From Acidimicrobiia bacterium (GTDB taxonomy: Bacteria > Actinomycetota > Acidimicrobiia > Spongiisociales > ZC4RG35), in the NCBI GenBank assembly GCA_965215185.1, contig OZ244034.1:2400001-2464000 (forward strand): DNA of 64,000 nucleotides. The letters run 5' to 3'. Under the pieces are notes generated by a model. It had not been told where the DNA came from and did no database searches. It worked only from the letters and a program-made list of their open reading frames with translations. Positions 20,925 through 30,820 of this stretch are shown piece by piece (positions within the stretch are counted from its first letter, which is position 1; each line of letters begins with the position of its first letter). The position numbers and the translations under genes were made by a program.

Positions 20925-22142
20925 TCAGACCTCTTGAACGATTTCAGCACGGGCCGCGCCAGCCACCCCGGCCACCTTGGAGATATCGGTCCGGCCGGTT
21001 CGCTGTGGCATCCAACTTACCAGCTTGTTGAACATCTGGTTGAGCATGTAGAAGGTCAGCAGCGAATAGAAAGCCACCACCACCGCCACGATCACCAACC
21101 GAGCTGTGTTGGTTTCCTGCACAGCAATGCTGGCCATATGGCCCAGTCCGGTGGGAAAACCCAGGAATTCTGCGGCAATGGTCAAGGACCATCCCAAGCC
21201 AGCAGAGAGCAACAGAGCAGTACGCAACTCAGGCATCGCCCCAGGCACGATCACCTTGAAGTAGGTGTACGGTCGCGAAGCGCCCAGTGTCCGGGCGCTT
21301 TCAATGAACCGGTCAGGCACATTGGCCACAGAGTTCATGGTGGCCACCACCAACGTCACCCACACACCGAAAGCAATAAAGGCGACGGCGCCCCGGAAGT
21401 TGGCGCCCAACCCGAACTGCAACCAGGGAATGGCCGCCAACAGGGGGATCATCCGCAGGAAGTTCATAGGAGCCCAGGCGGTCTGGCGCAAGACCGGCCA
21501 ATAGGGAATGGCCAAACCGGTGGCAATGCCGATCACCAGACCGATAGCCAAACCAACCAACAACCTGGAAAGGGTCATGAACGAGTGAAAACTCAGCGCT
21601 AGAAACACCGCCGGCCAAGTCCGAGCAGCGTCACCGCCCAAGGCGGGGTAGGGCGCCAATTCCTCGAATCGCACCTCTAAAAAGAGAATTGGGACTTTAT
21701 TAAGGAACCAGTCCCCGGACATTCTGAAAAGAGTGTCTCCGAACACGTAGTCCCATCCAGGAACCAAGGGGTGTTCCAGAGTCCCTTCCGGCGCCACATA
21801 AGACACCAATTGCCATCCCACCAACAACACTGCCCAGGTGATGAAGAAAAGCGGGTTATTCCGCATCGCGTTCAGCAACCTGCGAGGCGCGTTTCGCAAA
21901 CCCTGACCTATCCTGGCAAGCCTGCTCACGGAACCAGAAAAGCGAAGCGTGAGGGGCCAAACCCAGAACAGAATCACCCACAAAGCCAAGAATGACCAGG
22001 TGATAAAAAGCACATCGTCCTGTCGCGTCCAAGTCGTCAGAGAAAAGCTGTCAGGCAGCAGCAGCAGCAGCAGCCAAGGCACCAACAGGAACCAAACAAA
22101 CCACCCTATCCAGAAAAGACTGGGGCGAAGCGACTTATTCAA
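20925..22142 (-). CDS. ABC transporter permease (NitT/TauT type)
   Basis: EAA loop IESARTLGAS, VPGAMP, AAEFLG; TTG start overlaps the ATPase stop. Confidence 0.88.
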   Translation of the reverse strand: MNKSLRPSLFWIGWFVWFLLVPWLLLLLLPDSFSLTTWTRQDDVLFITWSFLALWVILFWVWPLTLRFSGSVSRLARIGQGLRNAPRRLLNAMRNNPLFFITWAVLLVGWQLVSYVAPEGTLEHPLVPGWDYVFGDTLFRMSGDWFLNKVPILFLEVRFEELAPYPALGGDAARTWPAVFLALSFHSFMTLSRLLVGLAIGLVIGIATGLAIPYWPVLRQTAWAPMNFLRMIPLLAAIPWLQFGLGANFRGAVAFIAFGVWVTLVVATMNSVANVPDRFIESARTLGASRPYTYFKVIVPGAMPELRTALLLSAGLGWSLTIAAEFLGFPTGLGHMASIAVQETNTARLVIVAVVVAFYSLLTFYMLNQMFNKLVSWMPQRTGRTDISKVAGVAGAARAEIVQEV

Positions 22143-22915
22143 ACCTTGGTCGCCTCTTCTTCGGTGATGCCCAAATGCTGCAGGATCACCTTGGTGATCT
22201 GTACCGCCTCGGCGCCAGCCCGGACATCTTCGTCGCGGGGACGGGGAAGGGTGACCGGGATGTCGTCCACCAATTTGCCTTCGGCCAAAAGGATCACCCG
22301 ATCGGCCAAGATCAGCGCCTCCTCGATGTCGTGGGTAACGAAAAAGATGGTCTTTTGGGTCTCTCCCCACAAATCCAGGAGCACATCATGAAGGTTGCGG
22401 CGTGTGAAGTAGTCGAGCGATCCGAAGGGCTCATCCATCAGAATCACATCCGAACCCACCGCCATGGCCGACGCCAGCGCAACCCGCTTGCGCATACCTC
22501 CCGAGAGTTCCCGCGGCCACGAGTCAGCAAAATCGGTCAAACCCACTGCCTCCAACCAATGGGCGGTGATCTCCTCTCGTTCCTCTTCGGGCGCTTTCAT
22601 GGCCCGCAGGCCGAATTCCACATTCTCCTTGACATGCAACCAAGGGAACACCGTGTCCTGCTGGAAGACCATTGCTCTATCGGCACCCGGCCCGGTCACC
22701 ACTTCGTCACCCAATTTCACCTGCCCGGCGGTGGGAGGCTGCAGGCCTGCCAGTACTCGAAGAAGGGTGGTCTTGCCGTGCCCGGAGCGTCCCACCACAC
22801 ATACGAACTCGCCGCTCTGCACGTCGAAGTTGACGTCTTGAAGAGCATTAACCAACTGGCCGGACCGGTGTTCGAACACACACCACAGGTTCTCGAAAGT
22901 GACGACTCTTGACAT
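22139..22915 (-). CDS. ABC transporter ATP-binding protein (TauB/SsuB-like)
   Basis: GRSGHGKTT, LSGGMRKR, MDEPFGSLD, VTHD. Confidence 0.95.
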   Translation of the reverse strand: MSRVVTFENLWCVFEHRSGQLVNALQDVNFDVQSGEFVCVVGRSGHGKTTLLRVLAGLQPPTAGQVKLGDEVVTGPGADRAMVFQQDTVFPWLHVKENVEFGLRAMKAPEEEREEITAHWLEAVGLTDFADSWPRELSGGMRKRVALASAMAVGSDVILMDEPFGSLDYFTRRNLHDVLLDLWGETQKTIFFVTHDIEEALILADRVILLAEGKLVDDIPVTLPRPRDEDVRAGAEAVQITKVILQHLGITEEEATKV

Positions 22916-22931
22916 ACTGTTTCCTCCTTGT

Positions 22932-23882
22932 TTAAAGCCCTAGTCGGCGGCCGGACTCGGACCACCTGGTTATGAAACGGATTCCCAACACCAGCAAACC
23001 GTCGACCACCACGGCCAGCACACCGAGAAACACCGTCAGGGAAACCAGCGCCTCCGCAGCGCCGACCGTACCCATCAAAAAACTCCATATTCGGATCAGA
23101 AACCCTCCCCCCAACTGTGGCCCAAGCACCTCCACTAAGGCGCCCAGCCCCCAGGCGCCAGCCAAGGCGATCCGAAAGCCACCGGCTATTTCGGGCACCG
23201 TCCCCCTCAAGTACACCCATCGGAATATGGATCTGGGGGTCCCTCCCAGGGTAAGAGCGGACTCCACAATACCCACCGGGATGTTCTCCGCTGCCCGACG
23301 GCTGAAAAAATACATGAGCAGAGTGGTGTAGAAGGTAATCAACCCGATCGTGGTAAGGAGAGGAATCTCGATCCCGAACCAGATCACGAAGAAAGGGGCA
23401 GCGATAAAGATGGGCGCCGTCCCGAAAAAGGAAGCAACCGGTGTTACTACCTCGGCAATCTTGGGAAAGACCAGGCTTCCCAATCCCATCGATAAGCCTA
23501 AGATCGTCCCAAGGGCAGCCCCTATCAGGATGTTCTTGGTGGTCTCCGCCAGATGGAGCGCATATCCAAAGCAGATATCGGGGATGTCTACAATTCTCTC
23601 GCCGGCCAAATCCGGGCAGGCTTGCGTGATATATCTGCTTCGCAAACCCTCGCTAAACAAAAAATTCTGTACGAAATGGGTGATTGTATTCCAAGGCCTC
23701 GGCATAAAGGTCTGAGGATCATCCATCAGAAACAGGAGAGGCGAAATGGACGAGGCCATCCACTCCCAGACCGCGAAAAACGCCAGCATCCCAAGTATCA
23801 AATACAGTACGTAGGCCACTCGGCGCCGCCGACTGGCGCGCCGCGCCTTCGCTCTCACATCAAGAACATCGGTTCTCGTCAT
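22932..23882 (-). CDS. ABC transporter permease (NitT/TauT type)
   Basis: VESALTLGG EAA loop, multiple TM helices. Confidence 0.85.
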   Translation of the reverse strand: MTRTDVLDVRAKARRASRRRRVAYVLYLILGMLAFFAVWEWMASSISPLLFLMDDPQTFMPRPWNTITHFVQNFLFSEGLRSRYITQACPDLAGERIVDIPDICFGYALHLAETTKNILIGAALGTILGLSMGLGSLVFPKIAEVVTPVASFFGTAPIFIAAPFFVIWFGIEIPLLTTIGLITFYTTLLMYFFSRRAAENIPVGIVESALTLGGTPRSIFRWVYLRGTVPEIAGGFRIALAGAWGLGALVEVLGPQLGGGFLIRIWSFLMGTVGAAEALVSLTVFLGVLAVVVDGLLVLGIRFITRWSESGRRLGL

Positions 23883-23930
23883 CGTCACTGGAGATCTGGT
23901 CCTTGCTTGTTTTTGGTTTTTACAGGCCAA

Positions 23931-23965
23931 ACGCGGGGCCGGACAGACTTTGTCCGGCCCCGCGT
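23931..23965. terminator. Perfect 15-bp stem-loop between SBP and permease genes (mRNA stabiliser/attenuator)
   Basis: ACGCGGGGCCGGACA-GACTT-TGTCCGGCCCCGCGT. Confidence 0.7.
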
Positions 23966-24007
23966 CAGGCTTTTCTCTTGTCTACTCAGACAAACGCTTC
24001 TCAGAGC

Positions 24008-25774
24008 TTAGCCGATAAGGGCGGCTTCGAGATAACGCTGGGCGTCGTAGAAGTTGTAACGGTCATAGAAGACATGGGCCTGATCGATCAACGCCTGCTG
24101 GCTCTCAGAGAGGCTCATGTCCATCGCCCGGGCGAACAGGTCATCAGAGCGATCCTGCATGCCCTTCAGGTCGTAGTAGAGCTCCTGGGCCAGCAAGAAC
24201 TGCTCCAAGCCTGCCTGCGTATCGTAGGTCGCCGACAAAGTCCCTTGAGACTTCAGCTTCTCGATCTGGGTCCTGAACACCGTCTCGGGGTGATAGCTGG
24301 GCAGAGTCAAGTCCCACAGGGCTGCCTGGTCTTCCCAGTTGAAGGACGGGTCGATCGTGTCCCAGATGATCCCGATGTCGGCGGGCTCCATGGACAACTG
24401 GCGCTTCTCGTTGATGAGGTTAGCTTCAATAGCCCAGAGTTCCTCCTGAGTGGCGGGATCTTCCAGAGCGGCGAAAATGCGGTTGGCGACGGAGATAACC
24501 CGGTAAGCCAGGTCCTTGTTCTCCTCCACCCACTCGCGGCGGGCCAACAGTCCGGTACCACCGACAGTGGCCGAAGCAATAGCTGTCTGCTGCGAAAGAG
24601 CGTCGTGCTCATACATCTGCGCGAAGTTGATCAGCGGATCCCATCCGTTGCGCATCATCTGCACCAGCGTGGGAGCGCCATAGGGCATGGCGAAGTCAAT
24701 ACGACCTGCAACAGCCGAGAGCTCCACGATCGTGGGGTCATCGACATACACCGGCTGAGAGTAGTTACGCCAGTCGTTGGTGGTTATGCGGATGGGCTGC
24801 GTGTTGCCGTCAGCGTCCAGAGCCGGCGTGCCGTCCCTGTTCAAAAGCACCAGCGGGTTGCCTTCACCATCCAGAGCCGGGATGTCCGCTTCCACATCCT
24901 CCCACCACTGGGGCAGATATGCAAAAAAGGCGTCCGAATACTGGGACTGGGTGGTGCTGTGCGGCGGGATGTGAACCTCGGAACCGACCAACTGCTGGAC
25001 AGCCGCAGTGGCCGCCTCGGGATAGGTCATCCCTTCATCCATGAACTCCAACGCAGTCTTGGCATCGCTGTCGGGCGATACCAGGATGGCGTATCCCACA
25101 TAGATGTCCGCGAAGTGGATCGCAGGAAGGGACTGACCGAAGGTCTCCAACGTTCCGAACACTCCTGGCACCCAGGCTTGGGCCACATCACCGTCACCAC
25201 GCTGCAACCAGGGAACGATTTCCTGGGAAGCGGTGAAGTAGTGATAAGTGGGCGAATTGGGGGTGATGGTGATATTCAGTTCATCCCACCAGCCCAACTC
25301 GATCGGAATCTGCCAATAGGCGAGGTCGGCGCAGCAGGGATAGATACCCATGGCCACTTCGGCGGACCGGATCCCGGGCGCCTCGACCATCGAAGCCATC
25401 TCCAATTCCATCTGGGCTTGGGACGCAGCATCAGCAGCAGCAGCAGCATCCGCCTCCGCCGCAGCAGCAGCAGCCTGAGCATCCGCCAGCGCAGCATCAG
25501 CATCCGCGCCACCGGCTGCGGCATCCGCCTCCGCATCGGCCAGCGCAGCCTGAGCATCAGCCAGCGCAGCCTGAGCATCAGCAGCAGCAGCATCCGCCGC
25601 AGCAGCAGCAGCCTGAGCATCAGCAGCAGCAGCAGCTTGGGTAGCAGCATCCGCCTCCGCCGCAGCAGCAGCAGCCTCAGCCGCAGCAGCAGCATCGTCG
25701 TCACCACCACCGCAGGCCGAAGCCAACAACGCCAGAGCAGCCATCAATACGATGACACCTCTAAGTTTCTTCAT
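24008..25774 (-). CDS. ABC substrate-binding lipoprotein with long Ala-rich N-terminal stalk
   Basis: Lipobox LASAC; about 90 aa of A/D/E/Q repeats; first gene of the ABC operon; GGAAGGAAG RBS-like sequence. Confidence 0.8.
   Translation of the reverse strand: MKKLRGVIVLMAALALLASACGGGDDDAAAAAEAAAAAAEADAATQAAAAADAQAAAAAADAAAADAQAALADAQAALADAEADAAAGGADADAALADAQAAAAAAEADAAAAADAASQAQMELEMASMVEAPGIRSAEVAMGIYPCCADLAYWQIPIELGWWDELNITITPNSPTYHYFTASQEIVPWLQRGDGDVAQAWVPGVFGTLETFGQSLPAIHFADIYVGYAILVSPDSDAKTALEFMDEGMTYPEAATAAVQQLVGSEVHIPPHSTTQSQYSDAFFAYLPQWWEDVEADIPALDGEGNPLVLLNRDGTPALDADGNTQPIRITTNDWRNYSQPVYVDDPTIVELSAVAGRIDFAMPYGAPTLVQMMRNGWDPLINFAQMYEHDALSQQTAIASATVGGTGLLARREWVEENKDLAYRVISVANRIFAALEDPATQEELWAIEANLINEKRQLSMEPADIGIIWDTIDPSFNWEDQAALWDLTLPSYHPETVFRTQIEKLKSQGTLSATYDTQAGLEQFLLAQELYYDLKGMQDRSDDLFARAMDMSLSESQQALIDQAHVFYDRYNFYDAQRYLEAALIG
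25425..25695 (-). repeat. Low-complexity GCT/GCG repeats encoding ADAQAA/EADAAA helices
   Basis: Recurrent gcatccgcctccgccgcagcagcagcagcc and ccagcgcagcctgagcatca units. Confidence 0.8.
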
Positions 25775-25837
25775 TCGATCTTCCTTCCGCTCGCTTGCAT
25801 ATCGGGCCCCAAGGGCACACGACTAGGACATGGCTAT

Positions 25838-25851
25838 GTCGGTATACCGAC
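25838..25851. promoter_or_regulatory. Palindromic operator candidate (GntR/FadR-like)
   Basis: Perfect 14-bp palindrome GTCGGTATACCGAC just downstream of a minus-strand TATATT -10 candidate for the ABC operon. Confidence 0.55.
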
Positions 25852-25945
25852 TCCAGCCCCTAAATATATAGCGACTTCACCCGGTTAATGCCAAAAACAG
25901 AGAGAACTTTTGATCTAAAGCAGGCAACTGCCACGTAGCACAGCC

Positions 25946-28180
25946 CTACCCAACGGATCGCAAACCGGTCGACACTTGGCCGGGAGTGAGGGGAAGTTCG
26001 TCGAACCACACACCCACCGCGTCGAACAAGGCGGCGGAAACGGCCGGGGCCAAGGGAATGAAAGGCATCTCGGCCATTCCCCGCACCCCCCATGGGCCTC
26101 TCGGATCGGGAATCTCCATTATCACGCTCTCCACTCGATCAGGTATGTCCCCGATGCCCGGAATCAGATAGGTGCTGAGGTGGGGATTGAGGATCTTTCC
26201 CTGCTCGGTTACCAGCCGCTCGGTGACCGCGTAGCCGTGGGCCTGGACCACTGCTCCCTCGATCTGTCCTCTCACCAACCCCGGATTGATGGCCTTTCCC
26301 ACATCCACCGCACAGACCACTGTCTCCACCTTCAGGTGCCCGGTGTCCAGATCGACCGTCAACTCCACTGCTTCGGCCATCCAGCCATAGGCGAAGTTAA
26401 TGTCCCCCCCTCCGGTATGAGGATCGAAGGCTTCGGTGGGCGGGGGCACGAACCGGAACTTGCCCAGCGCGGGACGATCGCCCTCCAGCCACCGTTTCTG
26501 AGCCTCCTCGGTGGCCCCCAGGATGGAGTTGCCTGCCATCCAGGTCAGCCGGGAAGCGGAAGCCGATCCCGAATCGCCGGTATGGGCAGTGTCCGAGTAA
26601 TGAGTCTCAACCATCTCCACATCCACCCCGGCCGCCTCGGCAGCCATCTGAGCAAAGGCGGTGTGAGCGCCCTGCCCCACCTCTGCTCCACCGTGATAGA
26701 GCACCACTCGCTCCACTTCCTTGTCCCCCCACAACTCGATAGCCGCTTCGCATCGCTCCGGGAAGCCGAACGAAAAGCCGACGTTCTTCATTCCGCAGGC
26801 AAATCCCCGTCCCCGGCGCTGACGGGAAGGATCGGCGGGAAGGGAACGGAACACCGGGAAATGGGATGGCCTGGGCTTTTGGGGATCCTTCCACCCCGCC
26901 CGATCAGCGCACGCCTCAATCACCTCGGGAATACTCACCACCGATGGAAGCACCGTTCCCGAAGCGCCCACATCACCTTCCCGGTAACAGTTGAGCAGCC
27001 GGATGTCCACTGGATCCATGCCCAACTTGACAGCCAATCGGTTCATCTGCCCCTCGGCGGCCATCGCCCCCTGCGGCGCTCCGAATCCGCGGAATGCCCC
27101 GCCAGGAACCGAGTGTGTATAGACCGCCCGGGAGTCAATCCACAGGTTGGGAACCCGATATGGACCCAGTGTGCACAGGTGCATGTTCCCCAGCACTTTT
27201 TCGGAGGTGTAGTTATAAGCCCCGGCGTCCAACCACCCCTCGGCCTCCACGGCGGTCAACCGGCCTTCTCGCGTAGCCCCCCAGCGGGCGTGGATAACAG
27301 CTCGGTGCCGCTTGTGGTGACCGACGATGCTCTCCTCCCGCGACCACACGGTCCTGACCGGCCGGTGGATCCCCCTTCGGGCCAGCTTCCGCACCGCCAG
27401 AGCCAACACGATTTGAAGCGACATGTCCTCGCGGCCACCGAACGCTCCACCGATGGCCGGGTAAATGACCCTGATCCGCTCTGGTGGCAGATCCAGGGCA
27501 TGGGCGATCTGCTCCTGATCCTCGTGGGTCCACTGCCCGGCAATCTTCACAGTGATGCGGTTCTGGGAATCGAGATAGGCCAAGGCTGCCTCTGGCTGCA
27601 GATAGGCGTGCTCCTGGAGAGGAAGCACATACGTGCCGCTCACCTCCACCTCCGCGTCCCGCCATCCCTGCCCCATATCCCCCACCCGAAACTTGAAATG
27701 CTTGTAGGTGTTGGTGCCCAGCCCGTTCTCGGGATGTACCAGCACCGAGTCGGTTCGAGCAGTCTCCAGATCAGGGACCAAGGGAAGGTCCTCCCATTCA
27801 ACCCTAAGGCGCTTGGCCCCTTCCTCGGCCTCTTGGCGGGTCTCTGCCACCACCACCGCGATTTGATCTCCTTCCCAACGGCTTATCTGCGAAGGGACCG
27901 CGCTTACACCCGTTGCTCCTAGTCCCACCAGCACCGGTTGATCGAAACGGGTAAGCCCGTATTCGTTGACAGGCACATCCGAGGCGGTCACCACCTCCAC
28001 CACTCCCGGCGCGGTCAGCGCGTCGGAGAAATCCATGGCCAGCATCCGGGCATGGGGTCGCCCGCTGAACACCACCTTGGCGTACAGAGCATCGGGGCGG
28101 TGCAGGTCCGCCGGATAGAGCGCCTCACCGGTGGTCTTGGCGAGGGCGTCGCGGCGCGGCGTCGACTGTCCGACACTCAC
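25946..28180 (-). CDS. Xanthine dehydrogenase-family molybdopterin-binding subunit
   Basis: QEHAYLQPE, GGAFGGRE, GAFRGFGAPQ, GQG, GQIEG, RGMAE (catalytic Glu). Confidence 0.93.
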   Translation of the reverse strand: MSVGQSTPRRDALAKTTGEALYPADLHRPDALYAKVVFSGRPHARMLAMDFSDALTAPGVVEVVTASDVPVNEYGLTRFDQPVLVGLGATGVSAVPSQISRWEGDQIAVVVAETRQEAEEGAKRLRVEWEDLPLVPDLETARTDSVLVHPENGLGTNTYKHFKFRVGDMGQGWRDAEVEVSGTYVLPLQEHAYLQPEAALAYLDSQNRITVKIAGQWTHEDQEQIAHALDLPPERIRVIYPAIGGAFGGREDMSLQIVLALAVRKLARRGIHRPVRTVWSREESIVGHHKRHRAVIHARWGATREGRLTAVEAEGWLDAGAYNYTSEKVLGNMHLCTLGPYRVPNLWIDSRAVYTHSVPGGAFRGFGAPQGAMAAEGQMNRLAVKLGMDPVDIRLLNCYREGDVGASGTVLPSVVSIPEVIEACADRAGWKDPQKPRPSHFPVFRSLPADPSRQRRGRGFACGMKNVGFSFGFPERCEAAIELWGDKEVERVVLYHGGAEVGQGAHTAFAQMAAEAAGVDVEMVETHYSDTAHTGDSGSASASRLTWMAGNSILGATEEAQKRWLEGDRPALGKFRFVPPPTEAFDPHTGGGDINFAYGWMAEAVELTVDLDTGHLKVETVVCAVDVGKAINPGLVRGQIEGAVVQAHGYAVTERLVTEQGKILNPHLSTYLIPGIGDIPDRVESVIMEIPDPRGPWGVRGMAEMPFIPLAPAVSAALFDAVGVWFDELPLTPGQVSTGLRSVG

Positions 28181-29640
28181 AGTGACGCTCCACGGGCTCC
28201 GGCGGCCGCTTCGGAGACGGCATCAATAATCGGGTAGTAACCGGTGCAGCGACACAAGTTGCCGCTCAGAGCGGTTCGGATCTCCTCGGTGGTGGGATCG
28301 GGAATCTTCTCCAATAGCTTGGTGGCCGACATCAAAAAGCCTGGCGTGCAATAGCCGCATTGGACGGACCCGGTCCGACAAAAGGCGGCTTGAACCGGGC
28401 TGAGGCCACCATTGGCCAGTCCCTCCACGGTGACGATCTGCGCCCGGTGGGCGCGGGGAGCAGGTGTCAGGCAGGAGAGGGCCGCCTCGGAGTCCAAAAA
28501 GACCAGGCATGCCCCGCACTCTCCCTCCGCGCAACCCTCCTTGGTCCCGGTCAAGGGTGTCCCAGACGTCGGGCCGGCCACATCCCGCAACCAATCCAAG
28601 AGCGTCAAGTCGGCGCCGGTTCGGGTGGTTACCGGTGAACCATTGATCACCGTCTCGATGGCGTCGCCCTCCCGGTGGGAGTGCGCCTCGGCCAGAGTCG
28701 GCTGGCCGGAGGATCCGAAATGGACCGGACGAGAGGGAATCGTCCGCCGTTGGTCGCCATTGCGCAGGGCGGTGAGAGCCCGCCGGACCATCACTTCGGT
28801 CATCCACCGCCGGTATTCAGCCGTGCCCCGCAGGTCGTCGATGGGATTGATCCCTTCGCCGGCCGCCCGCGCCGCCTCCATGATGGCGACATCGTCCAGC
28901 TTCCGGCCCAACAACGCTTCCTCAGCCCCGGACGAGCGGACGATCACCGGCGCCACGCTTCCCAGGGCGATGCGAGCCCCGGTGGTAACGCCCTGCCCGT
29001 CTCTCTCGATCACCAACGCCACATGCACCACCGAGATGGCCTGCGCCATCCGCAGTCCCAGCTTGACAAATACCCCCGATTGGCCTCCGGTCAGCCCTCG
29101 AAAGCTCACCCCGGTCACCATCTCGGCCGAGGCCAAGGTGGTGCGTCTGAATCCGGCGTAGAAGTCGGCCAGCGCCTCCTGTCGCTCTCCACCCGCCGAC
29201 CGGATGGTCAGCCAGGCGTCCAAGGCGGCAAGAGCGGAGATGGTGTCATTGGCCGGGCTGGCGGTGACCAGGTTTCCCACCACCGTGGCCCGGGCCTGAA
29301 GGGGCGGAGCCCCCACCTCCAATGATGCCTGCGCCAGGGGAAGAGCCCGGTTCCAGAGCATGTCGGAAGCGACCACGTCGGAGTGGGTCACCAACGGTCC
29401 CAGGTGAATGATCCCTGCTGAGTCCTGTTCGATGCCATCCAGGCCCTTCACGCGGGAGATGTCCACCAGCATCTCCACCCCCGGACGCGCGCCACGGCGT
29501 ATCTCCAACACCAGATCGGTTCCTCCCGCAATCAGTCGGGCCTGCTCTCGATGGTCGGCCAGAAGCGCCAGCGCCTCCTCAACCGTGGAGGGCGACTCGT
29601 AACGGTCGGTCAGGTCGGCTCGATGCTGAACCTCGTGCAA
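28177..29640 (-). CDS. Fused FAD-binding + 2x[2Fe-2S] subunit of xanthine dehydrogenase family
   Basis: IAGGTDL, ATVVGNL, DLRGT; C-terminal GCAEGECGAC, QCGYCTPG, NLCRCTGY. Confidence 0.92.
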   Translation of the reverse strand: MHEVQHRADLTDRYESPSTVEEALALLADHREQARLIAGGTDLVLEIRRGARPGVEMLVDISRVKGLDGIEQDSAGIIHLGPLVTHSDVVASDMLWNRALPLAQASLEVGAPPLQARATVVGNLVTASPANDTISALAALDAWLTIRSAGGERQEALADFYAGFRRTTLASAEMVTGVSFRGLTGGQSGVFVKLGLRMAQAISVVHVALVIERDGQGVTTGARIALGSVAPVIVRSSGAEEALLGRKLDDVAIMEAARAAGEGINPIDDLRGTAEYRRWMTEVMVRRALTALRNGDQRRTIPSRPVHFGSSGQPTLAEAHSHREGDAIETVINGSPVTTRTGADLTLLDWLRDVAGPTSGTPLTGTKEGCAEGECGACLVFLDSEAALSCLTPAPRAHRAQIVTVEGLANGGLSPVQAAFCRTGSVQCGYCTPGFLMSATKLLEKIPDPTTEEIRTALSGNLCRCTGYYPIIDAVSEAAAGARGASL

Positions 29641-29645
29641 AGTAG

Positions 29646-30239
29646 TTATCCCTCCGTCATGGAACTGTTGTAGACGAGACCCCCACCCTCCACATAGTCC
29701 CGGAGCACGGCGACCGCCTCTGCCCGCAGCACATCTTCGACAACCTCGATTCCCCGCCGCTGCAAGCCTTCCACCCAGTCCGATGGTCGATTTCCCTCGT
29801 CGAATCCCACTGAGCGGGCATCTTCCTCACGGGCGGCGATCAGCACCCTGGAGACGCCCGACCAGGGGACCGCCCCCAGGCACATCGCGCAGGGAGCGCA
29901 ACTGGTGACCAGTTCAGTGGGTCCCCCGGCGCCCGCGGTCAGGTCGAAGTTCCTCACCCGCTGTCCGGCCAGACAGATCGCCACCACCTCGGCATGAGCG
30001 GCGGCAGAGGAGGTAGGCACCACCAGGTTGACCCCCAGCGCCAGGGGACGGAAGGTGGAAAGATCGAACACCGCCGACCCGAACGGGCCCCCCGTTGCTT
30101 CCAGCACGTTTCGGCGGGAAAGCTCCACCGCCAAACCCATCCGTGCCGCCGGGGTGGGGAAAGACTGTCCCGGCTTCACCAGTTCATGCGCCCAAAGGGG
30201 CAGATCCCAACGCATGCTGACGGGGAGAGACAAGAACAT
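29646..30239 (-). CDS. Zn-dependent nucleobase deaminase, guanine deaminase (NE0047-like)
   Basis: GGPFG, AHAE, PCAMC, WSG, GFDEG, C-terminal VYN. Confidence 0.85.
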   Translation of the reverse strand: MFLSLPVSMRWDLPLWAHELVKPGQSFPTPAARMGLAVELSRRNVLEATGGPFGSAVFDLSTFRPLALGVNLVVPTSSAAAHAEVVAICLAGQRVRNFDLTAGAGGPTELVTSCAPCAMCLGAVPWSGVSRVLIAAREEDARSVGFDEGNRPSDWVEGLQRRGIEVVEDVLRAEAVAVLRDYVEGGGLVYNSSMTEG

Positions 30240-30247
30240 GGTGGACC

Positions 30248-30817
30248 CTATTTCTCCCCTCCCCCAGCCGCATATTCCCGAAGCACCCCCACCGCCTCGG
30301 CTCTAAGGACATCCTCTGTAACCGCGATCCCCTGCCGCCTCAACCCTTCCACCCAGTCGGCAGGCCGGCTACTGGTGCCCAATCCCAACGACCGGGTGTC
30401 CTCTTCGCGGGCGGCGATCACCAGGCTGGACACCCCCGACCCCAGTATCGCACCTTGGCACATCATGCAAGGGGCGCAGCTGGTGACCAACTCGATCGGA
30501 TCCCCACTCCCCACCCCCACGTCGTAGTTCCCCACCGCTATACCGGCCAGACAGAGAGCCACGACCTCGGCATGGGCGGCGACGGTGGCGCTCGGCACCA
30601 CCACATTGACTCCCAGCGCCACCAGACGGAAGGTGGAAAGGTCGAACACCGCCGCCCCGAACGGCCCCCCCGTAGCTTCGAGGAGATTTCGGCGGGAGAG
30701 CTCTACAGCCAGCGCCATCCGCTCCGTTACGGTGGGATAACGCTGTCCCGGCGCCACCAGACCGTGCGCCCAGGAAGGCATCTCCCAACGGAGCGCCAGG
30801 GGAACAGCCGGGTCCAT
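30248..30817 (-). CDS. Divergent tandem deaminase paralog
   Basis: GGPFG, AHAE, PCMMC retained; FDEG and YN tail lost. Confidence 0.85.
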   Translation of the reverse strand: MDPAVPLALRWEMPSWAHGLVAPGQRYPTVTERMALAVELSRRNLLEATGGPFGAAVFDLSTFRLVALGVNVVVPSATVAAHAEVVALCLAGIAVGNYDVGVGSGDPIELVTSCAPCMMCQGAILGSGVSSLVIAAREEDTRSLGLGTSSRPADWVEGLRRQGIAVTEDVLRAEAVGVLREYAAGGGEK

Positions 30818-30820
30818 CTC

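Noticed and set aside
23903-25888. Long plus-strand ORFs (also 25976-27922, 39646-41052, 1035-2153)
   Set aside because: Antisense shadows of well-supported genes in high-GC DNA; no protein motifs.
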